The notes: generated by a model from the sequence alone, not told the origin. DNA of 64,000 nucleotides from SAR86 cluster bacterium (GCA_023703535.1 CP097967.1:691208-755207), one strand, 5' to 3'; positions 34,415-44,629 are shown, counted from the first letter of the stretch. Translations and numbers: made by a program.

Positions 34415-37400
34415 ATGTCAAGCGATAAATATTATAAAGAACTTCAAAGCTTGAAGTATTTTGATGAAGAAAAATTGATTGAAAAAATCATCAATGAAAG
34501 TAATTGGTTGAATGATGAAGAGATTTCAATTAATGCTGAATCTATTGTTGAAAAGTGCAGAAGCGATAGAAATAAGACAAAGCTTGATAATTTTTTTCTT
34601 GAATACGGATTAAGCAATCAGGAGGGTGTTGCTCTAATGTGCTTAGCTGAGTCACTTCTTCGGATTCCAGATAATTCTACATGTGATGAGATTATTGAAG
34701 AAAAAATAGGCGGCAAAAGCTGGCTGAATCATTTAAATAATTCTCCATCTCTTTTTGTGAACGCGACTACATTTGGTCTTTTTTTGGCTGAACAAGTTGT
34801 AGAACTAGATCCAAAAATTGGCTCAAATCCAATTAGTTGGCTGTCCGGCATGACTTCAAAAATTGGAGAACCAGTTTTAAGAGAAGCAATTAAAAAAGGT
34901 ATGGATATTTTGAGTGAAGAATTTGTTTCAGGAACAAGTATTGAAAAAGCATTAACAAAGTTTGATTCACCAAATACTCCATGCTCTTTTGATATGCTCG
35001 GTGAAGCAGCTCGAACTAAATCTGATGTAGATTTCTTTTTTGAGGCCTATGAAAATGCAATTAGGTGTGTTGGAGAAAAAAATGCTCTTCTGTCTAAATC
35101 CTTTCATGAAATTTCTATAAAACTCTCTGCATTACATCCTCGTTATGAGGCATTAAAAGAGGAAAGAGTTATGAACGAACTTTATGAAAGTGTTTATGAA
35201 CTATCTTTACAAGCAGCTAATCAAGATATTGCTTTAACAATAGATGCTGAAGAACAAGATAGACTTGAACTTAGTCTAAAAATTATTGAAAAGCTTGCAG
35301 AAAATAAAAAGCTTAAAGATTGGGGTGGATTAGGTTTAGCAATTCAAGGTTACGGAAGAAGATCCTCCTCTGTAGTGAAATTCATTGATTATCTTGGAGG
35401 CCGAAGAAATGGACTCATGATGCGATTAGTAAAAGGTGCTTACTGGGATCAAGAAGTCAAAATTCATCAAACAAAAGGTTCAATTGATTTGCCTGTTTTT
35501 ACTGCAAAATCCTTCACTGATTTGAATTATTTACACACAGCTAAAGTTATTTCGGAAAGTAAAAATCTCAAGCCTTATTTTGCTACTCACAATGCTCATA
35601 CGATAGCTGCAATAATGAGCATTTTTAAAGGGCAGGAAGAAAAAATCGAGTTTCAAAGAATATTTGGAATGGGCGATCTAGTTTATACAAACGCTAAAAA
35701 ATGCTTTAAAGATTTCCCAACAACAAGAATATATGCTCCTGTTGGCTCTAAGAAAGAATTGCTGCCTTATCTTGTTAGAAGGTTGATTGAGAATGGAGCA
35801 AATAATTCATTTGTAAATAAGTATTTAGATAAGAAAATTCCTATTACTGAAGTTGTAAAAAATCCCCTTCTCAATTGCAAAGATCAGTTAATAAATAAAA
35901 CTTTCCTTAATAACGTAAAAAGACCGAAAGAAATTTTTAAAGGAAGAGAAAATTCTTTAGGTTTTGATTTTGGCGATCTTTATGAAATTAAAACACTGCA
36001 AAATGATGTTAAAAATATGAGAAAGCGTGATTATAAAGCTAGCTCAATTTTAGGTAATCATGAATTTACTGGGGAGTCTATCAAAAGACTTTCTCCTCAT
36101 GAATTAAAAAAAGAAATTGGTTCAGTTACGTACTTAAAAACAAAAGAAATTAAGCATGTTTTTGAAGATTTTGATAATTCTGATTGGTCCAAAACTTCTT
36201 TGAAAAAAAGAATTGAGATTTTGTCAAAGGTTGGAGAGTTGCTATCTAACAATAGGGCAATGCTTTTCCATCTTTTGATAAATGAGGCTGGAAAAACATT
36301 GAAAGATTGCGACGCAGAATTAAGAGAGGCAATTGATTTTATTAATTACTACAATGCCCAGGCAAAAAAAATCTTCAAAAGAAAAAGAATGCCTGGTCCT
36401 TCAGGTGAAGAAAACTATCTTGAACACGCCCCTAAAGGGACATTCCTCTGTATAAGTCCATGGAATTTTCCCTTAGCAATATTTGTGGGGCAAATTACAG
36501 CAGCGCTAGTAACAGGAAATAATGTTATTGCAAAACCTGCTGAAGATACTTCTATCATTGGGTGTGAAGTTGTAAAAATCTTCCATGAATCTGGTGTGCC
36601 GAAATCAGCATTAAAACTAGTACTTGGTGACAAAAAAATTGGCAATGAATTAACTAAAAACCCTCTTATTGCCGGTGTTGCTTTTACAGGGTCAAGTTTT
36701 GCTGCAAAGCAAATAAATAAGAATCTTGCTGACTCAAATGGTCCTATAAAAAGTCTTATTGCAGAAACAGGTGGTCAGAATGCAATGATCGTTGATTCAT
36801 CTTCCCTCAAGGAGCAAGTTATAGATGATGTTATCAGATCAGCATTTTTGAGTGCTGGTCAAAGATGTAGTGCATTGAGAGTTTTGTATGTTCAAAATGA
36901 AATTGCTGACGAATATTGGGATTATCTTAATGAGGCATTGCAAGAATATACTATTGGAGATCCAAATCTACCAAAAGTTGATATTGGTCCCATTATTAAC
37001 AAAAATTCGAAAGATAGATTGTTGAAACATATATCAGCTTTGAAAAAATCAGCGAAAAGAGCTATTGAACATCATCATAAACAAGATAAAGGTAATTTAT
37101 TTATCGCACCGATTGTTTTTGAAATAGACAGCATTAATCAAATTGATGAGGAAAATTTTGGACCAATCCTTCACTTTATACGATATAAAAATGAAAACTT
37201 GCAACAAGTCATCGATGAGATTAATGATACGGGCTATGGGCTAACAATGGGTGTTCACTCCAGAATTGTAAGTAAGGCTAGAAGAATATTTGAGGCAGCA
37301 AATGTCGGAAATTTTTATTTTAATCGGGATATTGTTGGAGCTGTTGTTGGAGTGCAGCCTTTTGGTGGTCAAGGTTTAAGTGGTACAGGTCCAAAGGCTG

Positions 37401-37504
37401 GAGGACCAGGCTACCTTTATAATTTCGTTACTGAAAAAACTTATACTGACAATGTTATGGCTACTGGTGGTAATATAGAATTACTAAATAAAAATGCAAT
37501 GTAA
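34415..37504 (+). CDS. putA: bifunctional proline dehydrogenase / L-glutamate gamma-semialdehyde (P5C) dehydrogenase
   Basis: 1029 aa. PRODH barrel (SFDMLGEAA, VRLVKGAYWD, ATHNAH) followed by an ALDH domain (SPWNFPLAI, ETGGQNA, GQRCSA). There is no N-terminal RHH DNA-binding domain. Confidence 0.95.
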   Translation: MSSDKYYKELQSLKYFDEEKLIEKIINESNWLNDEEISINAESIVEKCRSDRNKTKLDNFFLEYGLSNQEGVALMCLAESLLRIPDNSTCDEIIEEKIGGKSWLNHLNNSPSLFVNATTFGLFLAEQVVELDPKIGSNPISWLSGMTSKIGEPVLREAIKKGMDILSEEFVSGTSIEKALTKFDSPNTPCSFDMLGEAARTKSDVDFFFEAYENAIRCVGEKNALLSKSFHEISIKLSALHPRYEALKEERVMNELYESVYELSLQAANQDIALTIDAEEQDRLELSLKIIEKLAENKKLKDWGGLGLAIQGYGRRSSSVVKFIDYLGGRRNGLMMRLVKGAYWDQEVKIHQTKGSIDLPVFTAKSFTDLNYLHTAKVISESKNLKPYFATHNAHTIAAIMSIFKGQEEKIEFQRIFGMGDLVYTNAKKCFKDFPTTRIYAPVGSKKELLPYLVRRLIENGANNSFVNKYLDKKIPITEVVKNPLLNCKDQLINKTFLNNVKRPKEIFKGRENSLGFDFGDLYEIKTLQNDVKNMRKRDYKASSILGNHEFTGESIKRLSPHELKKEIGSVTYLKTKEIKHVFEDFDNSDWSKTSLKKRIEILSKVGELLSNNRAMLFHLLINEAGKTLKDCDAELREAIDFINYYNAQAKKIFKRKRMPGPSGEENYLEHAPKGTFLCISPWNFPLAIFVGQITAALVTGNNVIAKPAEDTSIIGCEVVKIFHESGVPKSALKLVLGDKKIGNELTKNPLIAGVAFTGSSFAAKQINKNLADSNGPIKSLIAETGGQNAMIVDSSSLKEQVIDDVIRSAFLSAGQRCSALRVLYVQNEIADEYWDYLNEALQEYTIGDPNLPKVDIGPIINKNSKDRLLKHISALKKSAKRAIEHHHKQDKGNLFIAPIVFEIDSINQIDEENFGPILHFIRYKNENLQQVIDEINDTGYGLTMGVHSRIVSKARRIFEAANVGNFYFNRDIVGAVVGVQPFGGQGLSGTGPKAGGPGYLYNFVTEKTYTDNVMATGGNIELLNKNAM

Positions 37505-37890
37505 TGATTAATAAGATTTTTCTTGGTTTTACTGCAGCAACTTATGGATACTTGGGAGGATGGGCCCTTTTTGATCCAAGTAGTTACGTAACTGCAGTGG
37601 GTCTAACAATTAATACTGACTTGGGCTCCGCTGAAATTAGAGCTGTATATGGCGGTATAAATTTTTTAGTTGGTATCTCAGCTTTCGTTGCTTTGATAAA
37701 TTCTAGAAATGAAAAAACTTTCTTTACTATTTTATTATTTTTAATATCAGGAATACTTTTAGGAAGAATTATCTCACTTATCTATGGAGAATATACTTCT
37801 CCATTTATAGGGTACTTCACAGCTTTTGAGATTGTATATTTTGTATTTTTGGTTAGTGCTTTAAGGAAATTGAGAAATAGGATTTTTTAA
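37504..37890 (+). CDS. small 4-TM membrane protein (DUF4345-like)
   Basis: 128 aa, hydrophobic. The start overlaps the putA stop by 1 nt (TAATG). Confidence 0.55.
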   Translation: MINKIFLGFTAATYGYLGGWALFDPSSYVTAVGLTINTDLGSAEIRAVYGGINFLVGISAFVALINSRNEKTFFTILLFLISGILLGRIISLIYGEYTSPFIGYFTAFEIVYFVFLVSALRKLRNRIF

Positions 37891-38183
37891 TGGATGGTCT
37901 CATTCAGTTTTTTTCAGAATATAACTATGATGGAATAGTTTATGGTCTGATTGATAACGGCGTTCTTGGATTTTCAACTCTCCTTGGCATTGATATTGAT
38001 AGATATTTTCGAGGGAGCGGAATACATGGAGCCATTTATGGAGCACTTCTAGGAAACACTTTATCTGACTTTCTAGGCGCAATAGTTGATTTTCCTCTTC
38101 TTCTTACAATAAATATAACAGCAGGATGCTTAATAATAATTCCATTAGTCTGGTTATATTTATCAATTTCAAAGAGACACTAA
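37890..38183 (+). CDS. small membrane protein of unknown function
   Basis: 97 aa with Gly-rich hydrophobic segments. The start overlaps the upstream stop by 1 nt. Confidence 0.5.
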   Translation: MDGLIQFFSEYNYDGIVYGLIDNGVLGFSTLLGIDIDRYFRGSGIHGAIYGALLGNTLSDFLGAIVDFPLLLTINITAGCLIIIPLVWLYLSISKRH

Positions 38184-38593
38184 CCTTTGATTGCTAATAG
38201 AACTTCTTGAAGATTGCTTAAATCAAACCCGGCGCTTTTGCACTTATCTAATATTATTTTGGCATCAAGATCTTTTGCATTTGCAAAAGCCCATTGAGTA
38301 ATACTTCTATTTCCAGTTCTGCAATAAGCCAAAGTCTTTTTTTCTTCCTGAATAATAGAATTAAGTTCAAAAACTTTTGCTGGATCTATTTCACCTGGTG
38401 AAATTGGAATAAAAAAGCATTTGATATCATTTTCTTTGCACGTTTTCTCTATTTCTTCATAGATAGGTTGGCTCTCTTCTTCTCCATTAGGTCTATTACA
38501 AACAATAGTCTGAAAGCCTTGTTCTTTTAGATTTTTTATATCGCTTGAAAAAATTTGGCCAGATACAAAAAATTTTTCTTCTACTTTATGCAA
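38180..38593 (-). CDS. TIGR01244 / DUF442 family protein (PTP-loop sulfur-transferase/phosphatase-like)
   Basis: 137 aa with FFVSGQI, IVCNRPNGEE and the CX5R loop YCRTGNRS. It starts immediately after the IOR stop with a zero gap. Confidence 0.72.
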   Translation of the reverse strand: MHKVEEKFFVSGQIFSSDIKNLKEQGFQTIVCNRPNGEEESQPIYEEIEKTCKENDIKCFFIPISPGEIDPAKVFELNSIIQEEKKTLAYCRTGNRSITQWAFANAKDLDAKIILDKCKSAGFDLSNLQEVLLAIKG

Positions 38594-41500
38594 TCACTTA
38601 TCTCCCTTAATTGCATTTTTAAAAGCTTGAAAAGATTCATCTTTTACTGGCCCATAACCCCTTACAGAACTTGAGCTATCAACTAGTGCCTCAAGATATT
38701 TTCCCCTCAGACCTGATGGAGTTTTGGTAATTTTGTCTAACTCACTAAAAAATATTTTTCTGTGTGCATTATCCCTTCTTCTATCATGTGTAATTTGGAA
38801 AGGATCAAAAAAGCTTCCTCTTAGGAACTTAAAGCTTTTGAGAAGTTTAAACATCGGTATTGCGAAAGTACCTGGAATTTTAATTTTAAGTGGTCGACCA
38901 GTTCTTTTGTCTTTAATAAATGACATAAAAGGTGGCGATAGATAAAAACCTAAATTTTTCCACTCACCAAATTGTTTGCTCACCATTTCTTTTGATGTTT
39001 CAAGATGCATTCTTGCAACTTCATACTCATCTTTAACTGCAATAACACGGTAAATTTCTTTTATGGTTTTCTTTAATAGCTCTTCTGTTTCTAATTCATT
39101 TTTAATTAAGTCTTTCGTAAAATTAACTTTGCTATTGAAGAAATCTATTTCTTTTTTATCGTAAATAGCTAGCCTTTCAAGTCTGTCCTTAAGAACACTC
39201 TCGGTGGTTTGTTCTTTCTCTTTAAATGAATTTAAGAATTTAAAAATCTTATCTTTTGGATTGAATGCATAAAGTCTTCCGAGATTAAAACTATAGATAT
39301 TTTTTTCTACACCAATGCCATTTAACTTAATAGCATATTTAATACTCTCTTCTTTTAGTGGAATATGACCAAGCTGATAAGCTGCGCCAAGCATCATAAT
39401 ATTCGCTGCAATTGCATCGCCACATAAATTTTCTGCAATCTTAATTGCTGGTACTGTGATATCAATATCTTTAGTAGTTTTATCAATTACTTTTAAAACT
39501 TCATCATCCTTAAAATCTAAATCTCTATTGGTTACAAAATCAGCAACTGGAATAGTATCTGAATTAATAATCGAATATGTTTTTTTATCAGATAAAACTT
39601 CTTGAATTTCTGGCTTTGTTCCGACCACTGCATCACATGCTAAGAAAAGGTTAGCTGAGGCAGGTGCAATTTTATGACTAAATGTTTTTACATTCTTTTC
39701 ATAGATTTTTATGTGAGACCAAACTGCTCCCCCTTTCTGAGCTAGTCCTGTCATATCTAATATTGTTGATTCTTTACCCTCATAATGAGCAGCCATAGCT
39801 GTTATTGCCGATACTGTTAAAACACCAGTTCCCCCAATTCCAGTAAGAATAATATTGGAAACACCATCAGAAACTTTATGTTTTGGATCTGGAAGTCCAT
39901 CTATTTTATGTGATGTTGTTCTTGCTTGAAGTTGAGCGTCTACAGAGACAAAAGATGGACAGAAACCTTTAAGACATGTGTAATCTTTGTTACAAGTGGA
40001 TTGATTAATTTTTCTTTTTCTTCCAAGTTTTGTTTCAAGTGGCTCAATTGATACACAGCTGGATTGCATTGAGCAATCTCCACATCCCTCACACACATCT
40101 GGGTTTATCATTATTCTTTGCAGAGGATCATGCATTTGGCCTCTTTTTCTTCTTCTTCTTTTTTCAGCTGCACATGTTTGATCAAATATTAAAACACTTA
40201 CACCCTTATGTTTGCTAAGGTTTACCTGTTCACTAATAATGTGATCGCGATGGACACTCTTCACGTATTTTGATGATAAATACTTATACTTTTTTGGATC
40301 TTGCGAGAGAACTGAAATCTTCTTTACACCTTCAGCTAAAACTTGCTTAATAATTCCATCGACATTCCAATTATCCCCAATTTCTTGGCCTCCTGTCATT
40401 GCAACAGCATCGTTATAGAGAATTTTATATGTGATATTAACTTCAGCATCAAGAGCAGCTCTAATTGCTAAAATACCCGAATGTTTGTAAGTTCCATCAC
40501 CAAGATTTGCATAAATATGTTTTTCTTTTGAAAAGGGTGATATTCCTATCCAAGGTGTTCCCTCACCTCCCATCTGAGTAAAAAATTCTGTCCCTTTCAC
40601 AGTATTTACTGCCATGTAATGACACCCAATTCCACCTAATGCACGTTTTCCCTCAGGAACCATTAATGAAGTGTTGTGAGGGCAACCAGAGCAAAAGAAT
40701 GGTTTTCGATTTAGTGGAGCATTTATATTTTCTTGTGACTTATTTCGTTTTTGAAACCAATCAAGCTGATTAATAACAGCACTATCACTGTTAAATTTCG
40801 AAATTCTTTCAGCAATAACTTCAATTATTGTTTGCATTGGAAGGTCATTTTCTGCAGGCAGTAACCACTTTCCATTTTCATCTTGTTTTCCAATAACTGT
40901 TGGTCTTACGTTTTCTTTCCAATTGTATAGCTGCCATTTTACCTGGTGTTCAATTAATTCTCTTTTCTCTTCAACAACTAGAACAGTATCAAGACCTCTA
41001 CAAAATTCTCTTATACCTTGTGGCTCAAGAGGCCATGGCATTCCAACTTTATATAAAGCAATGCCCATACTTTTTGCTTTTTCTTCGTCTATTCCAAGCC
41101 ATCTGAAGGCTTCAAGAACATCATTATATGATTTACCTGCAGAAATTATTCCAAGTTTTGCATTGTTGTTCTTCCAAATTACTTTATCAATTTGATTCGC
41201 CCTAACGAATTCTTGTGCAGCAAAACCTTTTGCCCTCTGCAGTCTAAAATCTTGCTCTCTGGGAGTATCTGAGAAGAGGATATTTCTTGGTAAGTCTTTG
41301 TATTCTCCTAAAAATGCACCGCTAGGCACAATGATCTCTTCGTTTTCTATCGAAGTATCATAAGTCCTACCAGAATCTGCTACGTCGGATACGATTTTTA
41401 AACCTACCCAACAGCCACTATATCTGCTCATTGCAAAACCTAATAAACCAAACCTTACGATTTCACTGACTCCACTTGGATATAAATAAGGCATGAAAGC

Positions 41501-41992
41501 ACTCATAAAGTTGTGATCTGATTGATGAGGTAATGTTGAGGACTTAGCTGCATGATCATCTCCAGCAACTGCTAGCACTCCACCAAATTTTGAGGATCCT
41601 GCTGCGTTTGCATGTTTAAAAACATCCATAGAACGATCCATGCCCGGACCTTTTCCATACCAGATTCCGAATACACCATCTTTAACTCCTCTTCCATGAA
41701 ATTCTCCCTGTTGTGAGCCCCAAACGGCGGTTGCACCTAATTCTTCATTTAGACCAGGTTGATGGACGATATCATTTTGATCTAGAAATTTTTTTGCACG
41801 GTGCAACTCTAAATCATAACCACCAAGAGGTGAGCCTTTGTAACCAGAAATAAACCCACCAGTATCTAGATTTCTTTGAATATCTAGTTCTTTTTGAATA
41901 AGAGGTAGCCTGACGAGTGCCTGTATTCCTGTAAGAAATACAGTGCCATCTCTTTTTCTATATTTATCATCTAAAGATATACCCTTGCTCAA
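38594..41992 (-). CDS. indolepyruvate/2-oxoacid:ferredoxin oxidoreductase, fused alpha-beta form
   Basis: 1132 aa with an N-terminal TPP domain (GYKGSPLGG, GDGTYKHSG) and a ferredoxin-like Cys cluster (CEGCGDCSMQSSC). Confidence 0.88.
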   Translation of the reverse strand: MSKGISLDDKYRKRDGTVFLTGIQALVRLPLIQKELDIQRNLDTGGFISGYKGSPLGGYDLELHRAKKFLDQNDIVHQPGLNEELGATAVWGSQQGEFHGRGVKDGVFGIWYGKGPGMDRSMDVFKHANAAGSSKFGGVLAVAGDDHAAKSSTLPHQSDHNFMSAFMPYLYPSGVSEIVRFGLLGFAMSRYSGCWVGLKIVSDVADSGRTYDTSIENEEIIVPSGAFLGEYKDLPRNILFSDTPREQDFRLQRAKGFAAQEFVRANQIDKVIWKNNNAKLGIISAGKSYNDVLEAFRWLGIDEEKAKSMGIALYKVGMPWPLEPQGIREFCRGLDTVLVVEEKRELIEHQVKWQLYNWKENVRPTVIGKQDENGKWLLPAENDLPMQTIIEVIAERISKFNSDSAVINQLDWFQKRNKSQENINAPLNRKPFFCSGCPHNTSLMVPEGKRALGGIGCHYMAVNTVKGTEFFTQMGGEGTPWIGISPFSKEKHIYANLGDGTYKHSGILAIRAALDAEVNITYKILYNDAVAMTGGQEIGDNWNVDGIIKQVLAEGVKKISVLSQDPKKYKYLSSKYVKSVHRDHIISEQVNLSKHKGVSVLIFDQTCAAEKRRRRKRGQMHDPLQRIMINPDVCEGCGDCSMQSSCVSIEPLETKLGRKRKINQSTCNKDYTCLKGFCPSFVSVDAQLQARTTSHKIDGLPDPKHKVSDGVSNIILTGIGGTGVLTVSAITAMAAHYEGKESTILDMTGLAQKGGAVWSHIKIYEKNVKTFSHKIAPASANLFLACDAVVGTKPEIQEVLSDKKTYSIINSDTIPVADFVTNRDLDFKDDEVLKVIDKTTKDIDITVPAIKIAENLCGDAIAANIMMLGAAYQLGHIPLKEESIKYAIKLNGIGVEKNIYSFNLGRLYAFNPKDKIFKFLNSFKEKEQTTESVLKDRLERLAIYDKKEIDFFNSKVNFTKDLIKNELETEELLKKTIKEIYRVIAVKDEYEVARMHLETSKEMVSKQFGEWKNLGFYLSPPFMSFIKDKRTGRPLKIKIPGTFAIPMFKLLKSFKFLRGSFFDPFQITHDRRRDNAHRKIFFSELDKITKTPSGLRGKYLEALVDSSSSVRGYGPVKDESFQAFKNAIKGDK

Positions 41993-42029
41993 AATAGCCT
42001 CTTATTTTTAAATCATTATTATAACAGTT

Positions 42030-42758
42030 TTAGAATTTTTCCATGTAAGGTCTAAGATCAATTTCATGTGTCCAAACAGACCTTTTTTGATTATGCAAAT
42101 CAAGATAAACCTGAGCAATTTCATCTGGTTTTAAAATTCCATCTTTTTTCTTCAATTTATAAATATCTGGAAAGTTCTCTTTAATCCAAGGATGATCAAT
42201 TGCTCCGTCAATAACTGTATGAGCAACATGAATCCCTTTAGGACCAAGTTCTCTTGCCATTGATTGAGCAACTGCTCTTAATCCAAATTTTGCTGATGCG
42301 AAAGCACTGAATCCAGAACTGCCTCTCATCGATGCTGTTGCTCCTGTAAAAATAATTGTTCCCTTTTTATTTTTCAACATATATTTAGCTGCTTCTTTTC
42401 CTGTTAGAAAACCTGCAAATGTAGCCATTTCCCAAACTTTTTTAAAAACTCTAGAAGTTGTTTTGCTTATAGGAAAAAATACATTCGCACCAATGTTGAA
42501 AATTACACATTCAATTTTTCCCTGTTTGGCTGCAGTTTTGAAGAGTTCTTGAATTTCTGCTTCATTTCTTGCATCCATTGGGTATGGTGTGCATTTAAAG
42601 CCTTTTTTATTTATGCCTTTTGCAAGATTTTGAAGATCTTTCTTATTTCTTTCTCTTCTAGATGCAAAAACATGATATCCAGATTGTGAGAATTTTTGTG
42701 CTAGAGATGAGCCTAATCCTGGACCAGCTCCGATAATTAAAACTATTTTATCTTTCAT
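42030..42758 (-). CDS. short-chain dehydrogenase/reductase (SDR)
   Basis: 242 aa with the Rossmann motif IIGAGPGLG and the catalytic region SAFASAKFGLR. Confidence 0.88.
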   Translation of the reverse strand: MKDKIVLIIGAGPGLGSSLAQKFSQSGYHVFASRRERNKKDLQNLAKGINKKGFKCTPYPMDARNEAEIQELFKTAAKQGKIECVIFNIGANVFFPISKTTSRVFKKVWEMATFAGFLTGKEAAKYMLKNKKGTIIFTGATASMRGSSGFSAFASAKFGLRAVAQSMARELGPKGIHVAHTVIDGAIDHPWIKENFPDIYKLKKKDGILKPDEIAQVYLDLHNQKRSVWTHEIDLRPYMEKF

Positions 42759-42799
42759 GAATTGTATTTGAATTATATCAATAAGGTTAGAATGAGAGA

Positions 42800-43390
42800 A
42801 TGCAAATAAAATTCATTTTTGATATCGCAAGTCCAAATGCATATTTATCTCATAAAGTAATTCCTGATTTTGAGAAAAAATATGATGTCAAATTTGATTA
42901 TTTTGTTTGTTTGCTAGGAGGTATTTTTAAATTATCAAATAATAAACCTCCTATGATTGCTAATGCAGAAATACCTCTCAAATATAATTACTTTGGCCAA
43001 GAGATCACAAGATTTGCAAAATTCCATCAATTAATAAACTTTAAAATGAATCCTCACTTCCCAATAAATACTTTGATTATTCAAAGAGGGGCTTTAGCAG
43101 CACAAGAGAGAGGGAATTTTGCAGAATATGTAGACTGTATAGCCAAAGGAATGTGGGAAGAAGAGAAAAATTTCAATGACATTGAAATTTTAAAGAGTTA
43201 TTTATTGCAGAATAAAATCAACGGTGAAGAAATTTTAGAACAAGCCGCAACTCCTGAAATTAAACAAAAGCTTATAGACAATACATCTAAAGCATACGAA
43301 ATGGGTGCTTTTGGAGTTCCAACTTTTTTTGTTGGGAAGGAAATGTTTTTTGGTAAGGAAGCATTTAGAGAAATGCCAGACTTTCTTTAA
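42800..43390 (+). CDS. DsbA-fold 2-hydroxychromene-2-carboxylate isomerase family protein
   Basis: 196 aa. The N-terminus IKFIFDIASPNAYL and the C-terminal GAFGVPTFFV are typical of the HCCA isomerase / GST-kappa family. Confidence 0.78.
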   Translation: MQIKFIFDIASPNAYLSHKVIPDFEKKYDVKFDYFVCLLGGIFKLSNNKPPMIANAEIPLKYNYFGQEITRFAKFHQLINFKMNPHFPINTLIIQRGALAAQERGNFAEYVDCIAKGMWEEEKNFNDIEILKSYLLQNKINGEEILEQAATPEIKQKLIDNTSKAYEMGAFGVPTFFVGKEMFFGKEAFREMPDFL

Positions 43391-44031
43391 TTAAAATCCT
43401 TATGTGAAAAGTAACTCACACCAGTTTTATTATTGAATGCCTCAGTTACCATATTTTTTGCAAGAGTCCTCGCTTCAACATTTTTAAAATCCTTTAGCTG
43501 TGATGGCAGCACTTGCCCAAAGATATTTGTTACTTTCTCAAAAATTTGAACATCTAGGCCAATTTTATTCTCCCTTTCTCCTAAAAGATGACTTGGTCTA
43601 AATATATTAATTTTATTAAATGATAACTTTTTAATTTCTTCTTCCATCTCCCCTTTTATCTTTAGATAGTGATTAAGCGAGTTTTTATCTGCCATTACCG
43701 AAGAAATTACAGATATATCTTTTATTCCGGTATCAAGCGCCATTTTAGCTAGTTTGATGACTAATCCAAAATCAACTTCTTCAAATTTAGGCTTAATTTT
43801 ATCGCGCATATAAATAAGATCTAAAAGCTCCAATGGGTATCCCAAGCATATAAAGAAATGTTCTGCAGGTTTTAAACTGAAATCTTTATTGAAATCTATA
43901 AGCTCTTGCTTAACATTGTTTGGAAATTTGAAAGGTCTTCTTGAAATTGCAATTACTTCATGCTCTTGGAGGAAATCAGTAATGAGTGTTTTGCCAACGA
44001 GTCCAGTTGAGCCAGCAACTAATATTTTCAT
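43387..44031 (-). CDS. NAD(P)H-binding (atypical SDR / HTATIP2-like) protein
   Basis: 214 aa with an N-terminal Rossmann motif, MKILVAGSTGLVG. Confidence 0.72.
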   Translation of the reverse strand: MKILVAGSTGLVGKTLITDFLQEHEVIAISRRPFKFPNNVKQELIDFNKDFSLKPAEHFFICLGYPLELLDLIYMRDKIKPKFEEVDFGLVIKLAKMALDTGIKDISVISSVMADKNSLNHYLKIKGEMEEEIKKLSFNKINIFRPSHLLGERENKIGLDVQIFEKVTNIFGQVLPSQLKDFKNVEARTLAKNMVTEAFNNKTGVSYFSHKDFN

Positions 44032-44044
44032 AAATTTAATTGAA

Positions 44045-44191
44045 TTATTTGGAAGTTTTATTCTCTAAAGCACTTATTTTATCCTCTATTTTCTCAAGCT
44101 TATCTAAGATTTGATGAAAAAAATTTCGCGCCTCTGTTGGGCACTTTTCAAAAAAATGCTCTGTTAACTTTTCTAAATCTTTATTATCCAT
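44045..44191 (-). CDS. possible 48-aa helical protein (below the ORF-track size cutoff)
   Basis: Hand translation: MDNKDLEKLTEHFFEKCPTEARNFFHQILDKLEKIEDKISALENKTSK*. It fills an otherwise empty 166-bp gap, on the same strand as both neighbours. I see no SD. Confidence 0.3.
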   Translation of the reverse strand: MDNKDLEKLTEHFFEKCPTEARNFFHQILDKLEKIEDKISALENKTSK

Positions 44192-44197
44192 CAGAAA

Positions 44198-44629
44198 TTA
44201 TTCTACTAGATTTAGATAGTTTGATAACCTTTCGGGATTTACAGCAAATGTTAGCTTTCCAACATTAGCTTTGACTTCATTTAAATTTACCGCTTCACCT
44301 ACTTGTATTACTCCAATCATTCCTAAGATTAGATGAGGTGTACATTGATAAACATATACTCCCTCTTCATTTAAAGTAACGCTAATGTTTTCATTAATTT
44401 CACCTTTCCATGGACTAGCTCCAGCAGGAATGAGCCCTTCTACTGATTCTGAGTTGTGTGCTAAATCAACAGATTTAAAATGGATAGTATCTCCTTTATT
44501 AACTTTTAAAAATCCTGGCTCAAAGATCATTGATCCGCCATCACCAAAATTTAGCATTTTCACTTCATGTTCGGCAGCACTAAGATTTAATGCCACTCCC
44601 ATTATTAAGCCTATAAATATTTTCTTCAT
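44198..44629 (-). CDS. pseudoazurin (type-1 blue copper protein), periplasmic
   Basis: 143 aa with a signal peptide. Close parallel to Alcaligenes/Paracoccus pseudoazurin as I recall it: HEVKMLN, MIFEPGF, Cu ligands in AHNSES and CTPHLILGM. Confidence 0.85.
   Translation of the reverse strand: MKKIFIGLIMGVALNLSAAEHEVKMLNFGDGGSMIFEPGFLKVNKGDTIHFKSVDLAHNSESVEGLIPAGASPWKGEINENISVTLNEEGVYVYQCTPHLILGMIGVIQVGEAVNLNEVKANVGKLTFAVNPERLSNYLNLVE

Noticed and set aside
12474-34417. A -10-like hexamer lies 6-9 nt upstream of several operon-leading start codons that lack an SD, suggesting leaderless mRNAs. The cases are TATAAT-N6-GTG at 12474-12488, TATAAT-N8-ATG at 15112-15128, TATAAT-N8-ATG at 33404-33420 and TAAAAT-N9-ATG at 34400-34417.
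   Set aside because: TATAAT-like hexamers are expected at high frequency in almost pure A/T spacers, and other genes here have strong SDs. Without transcription-start mapping this cannot be separated from chance.
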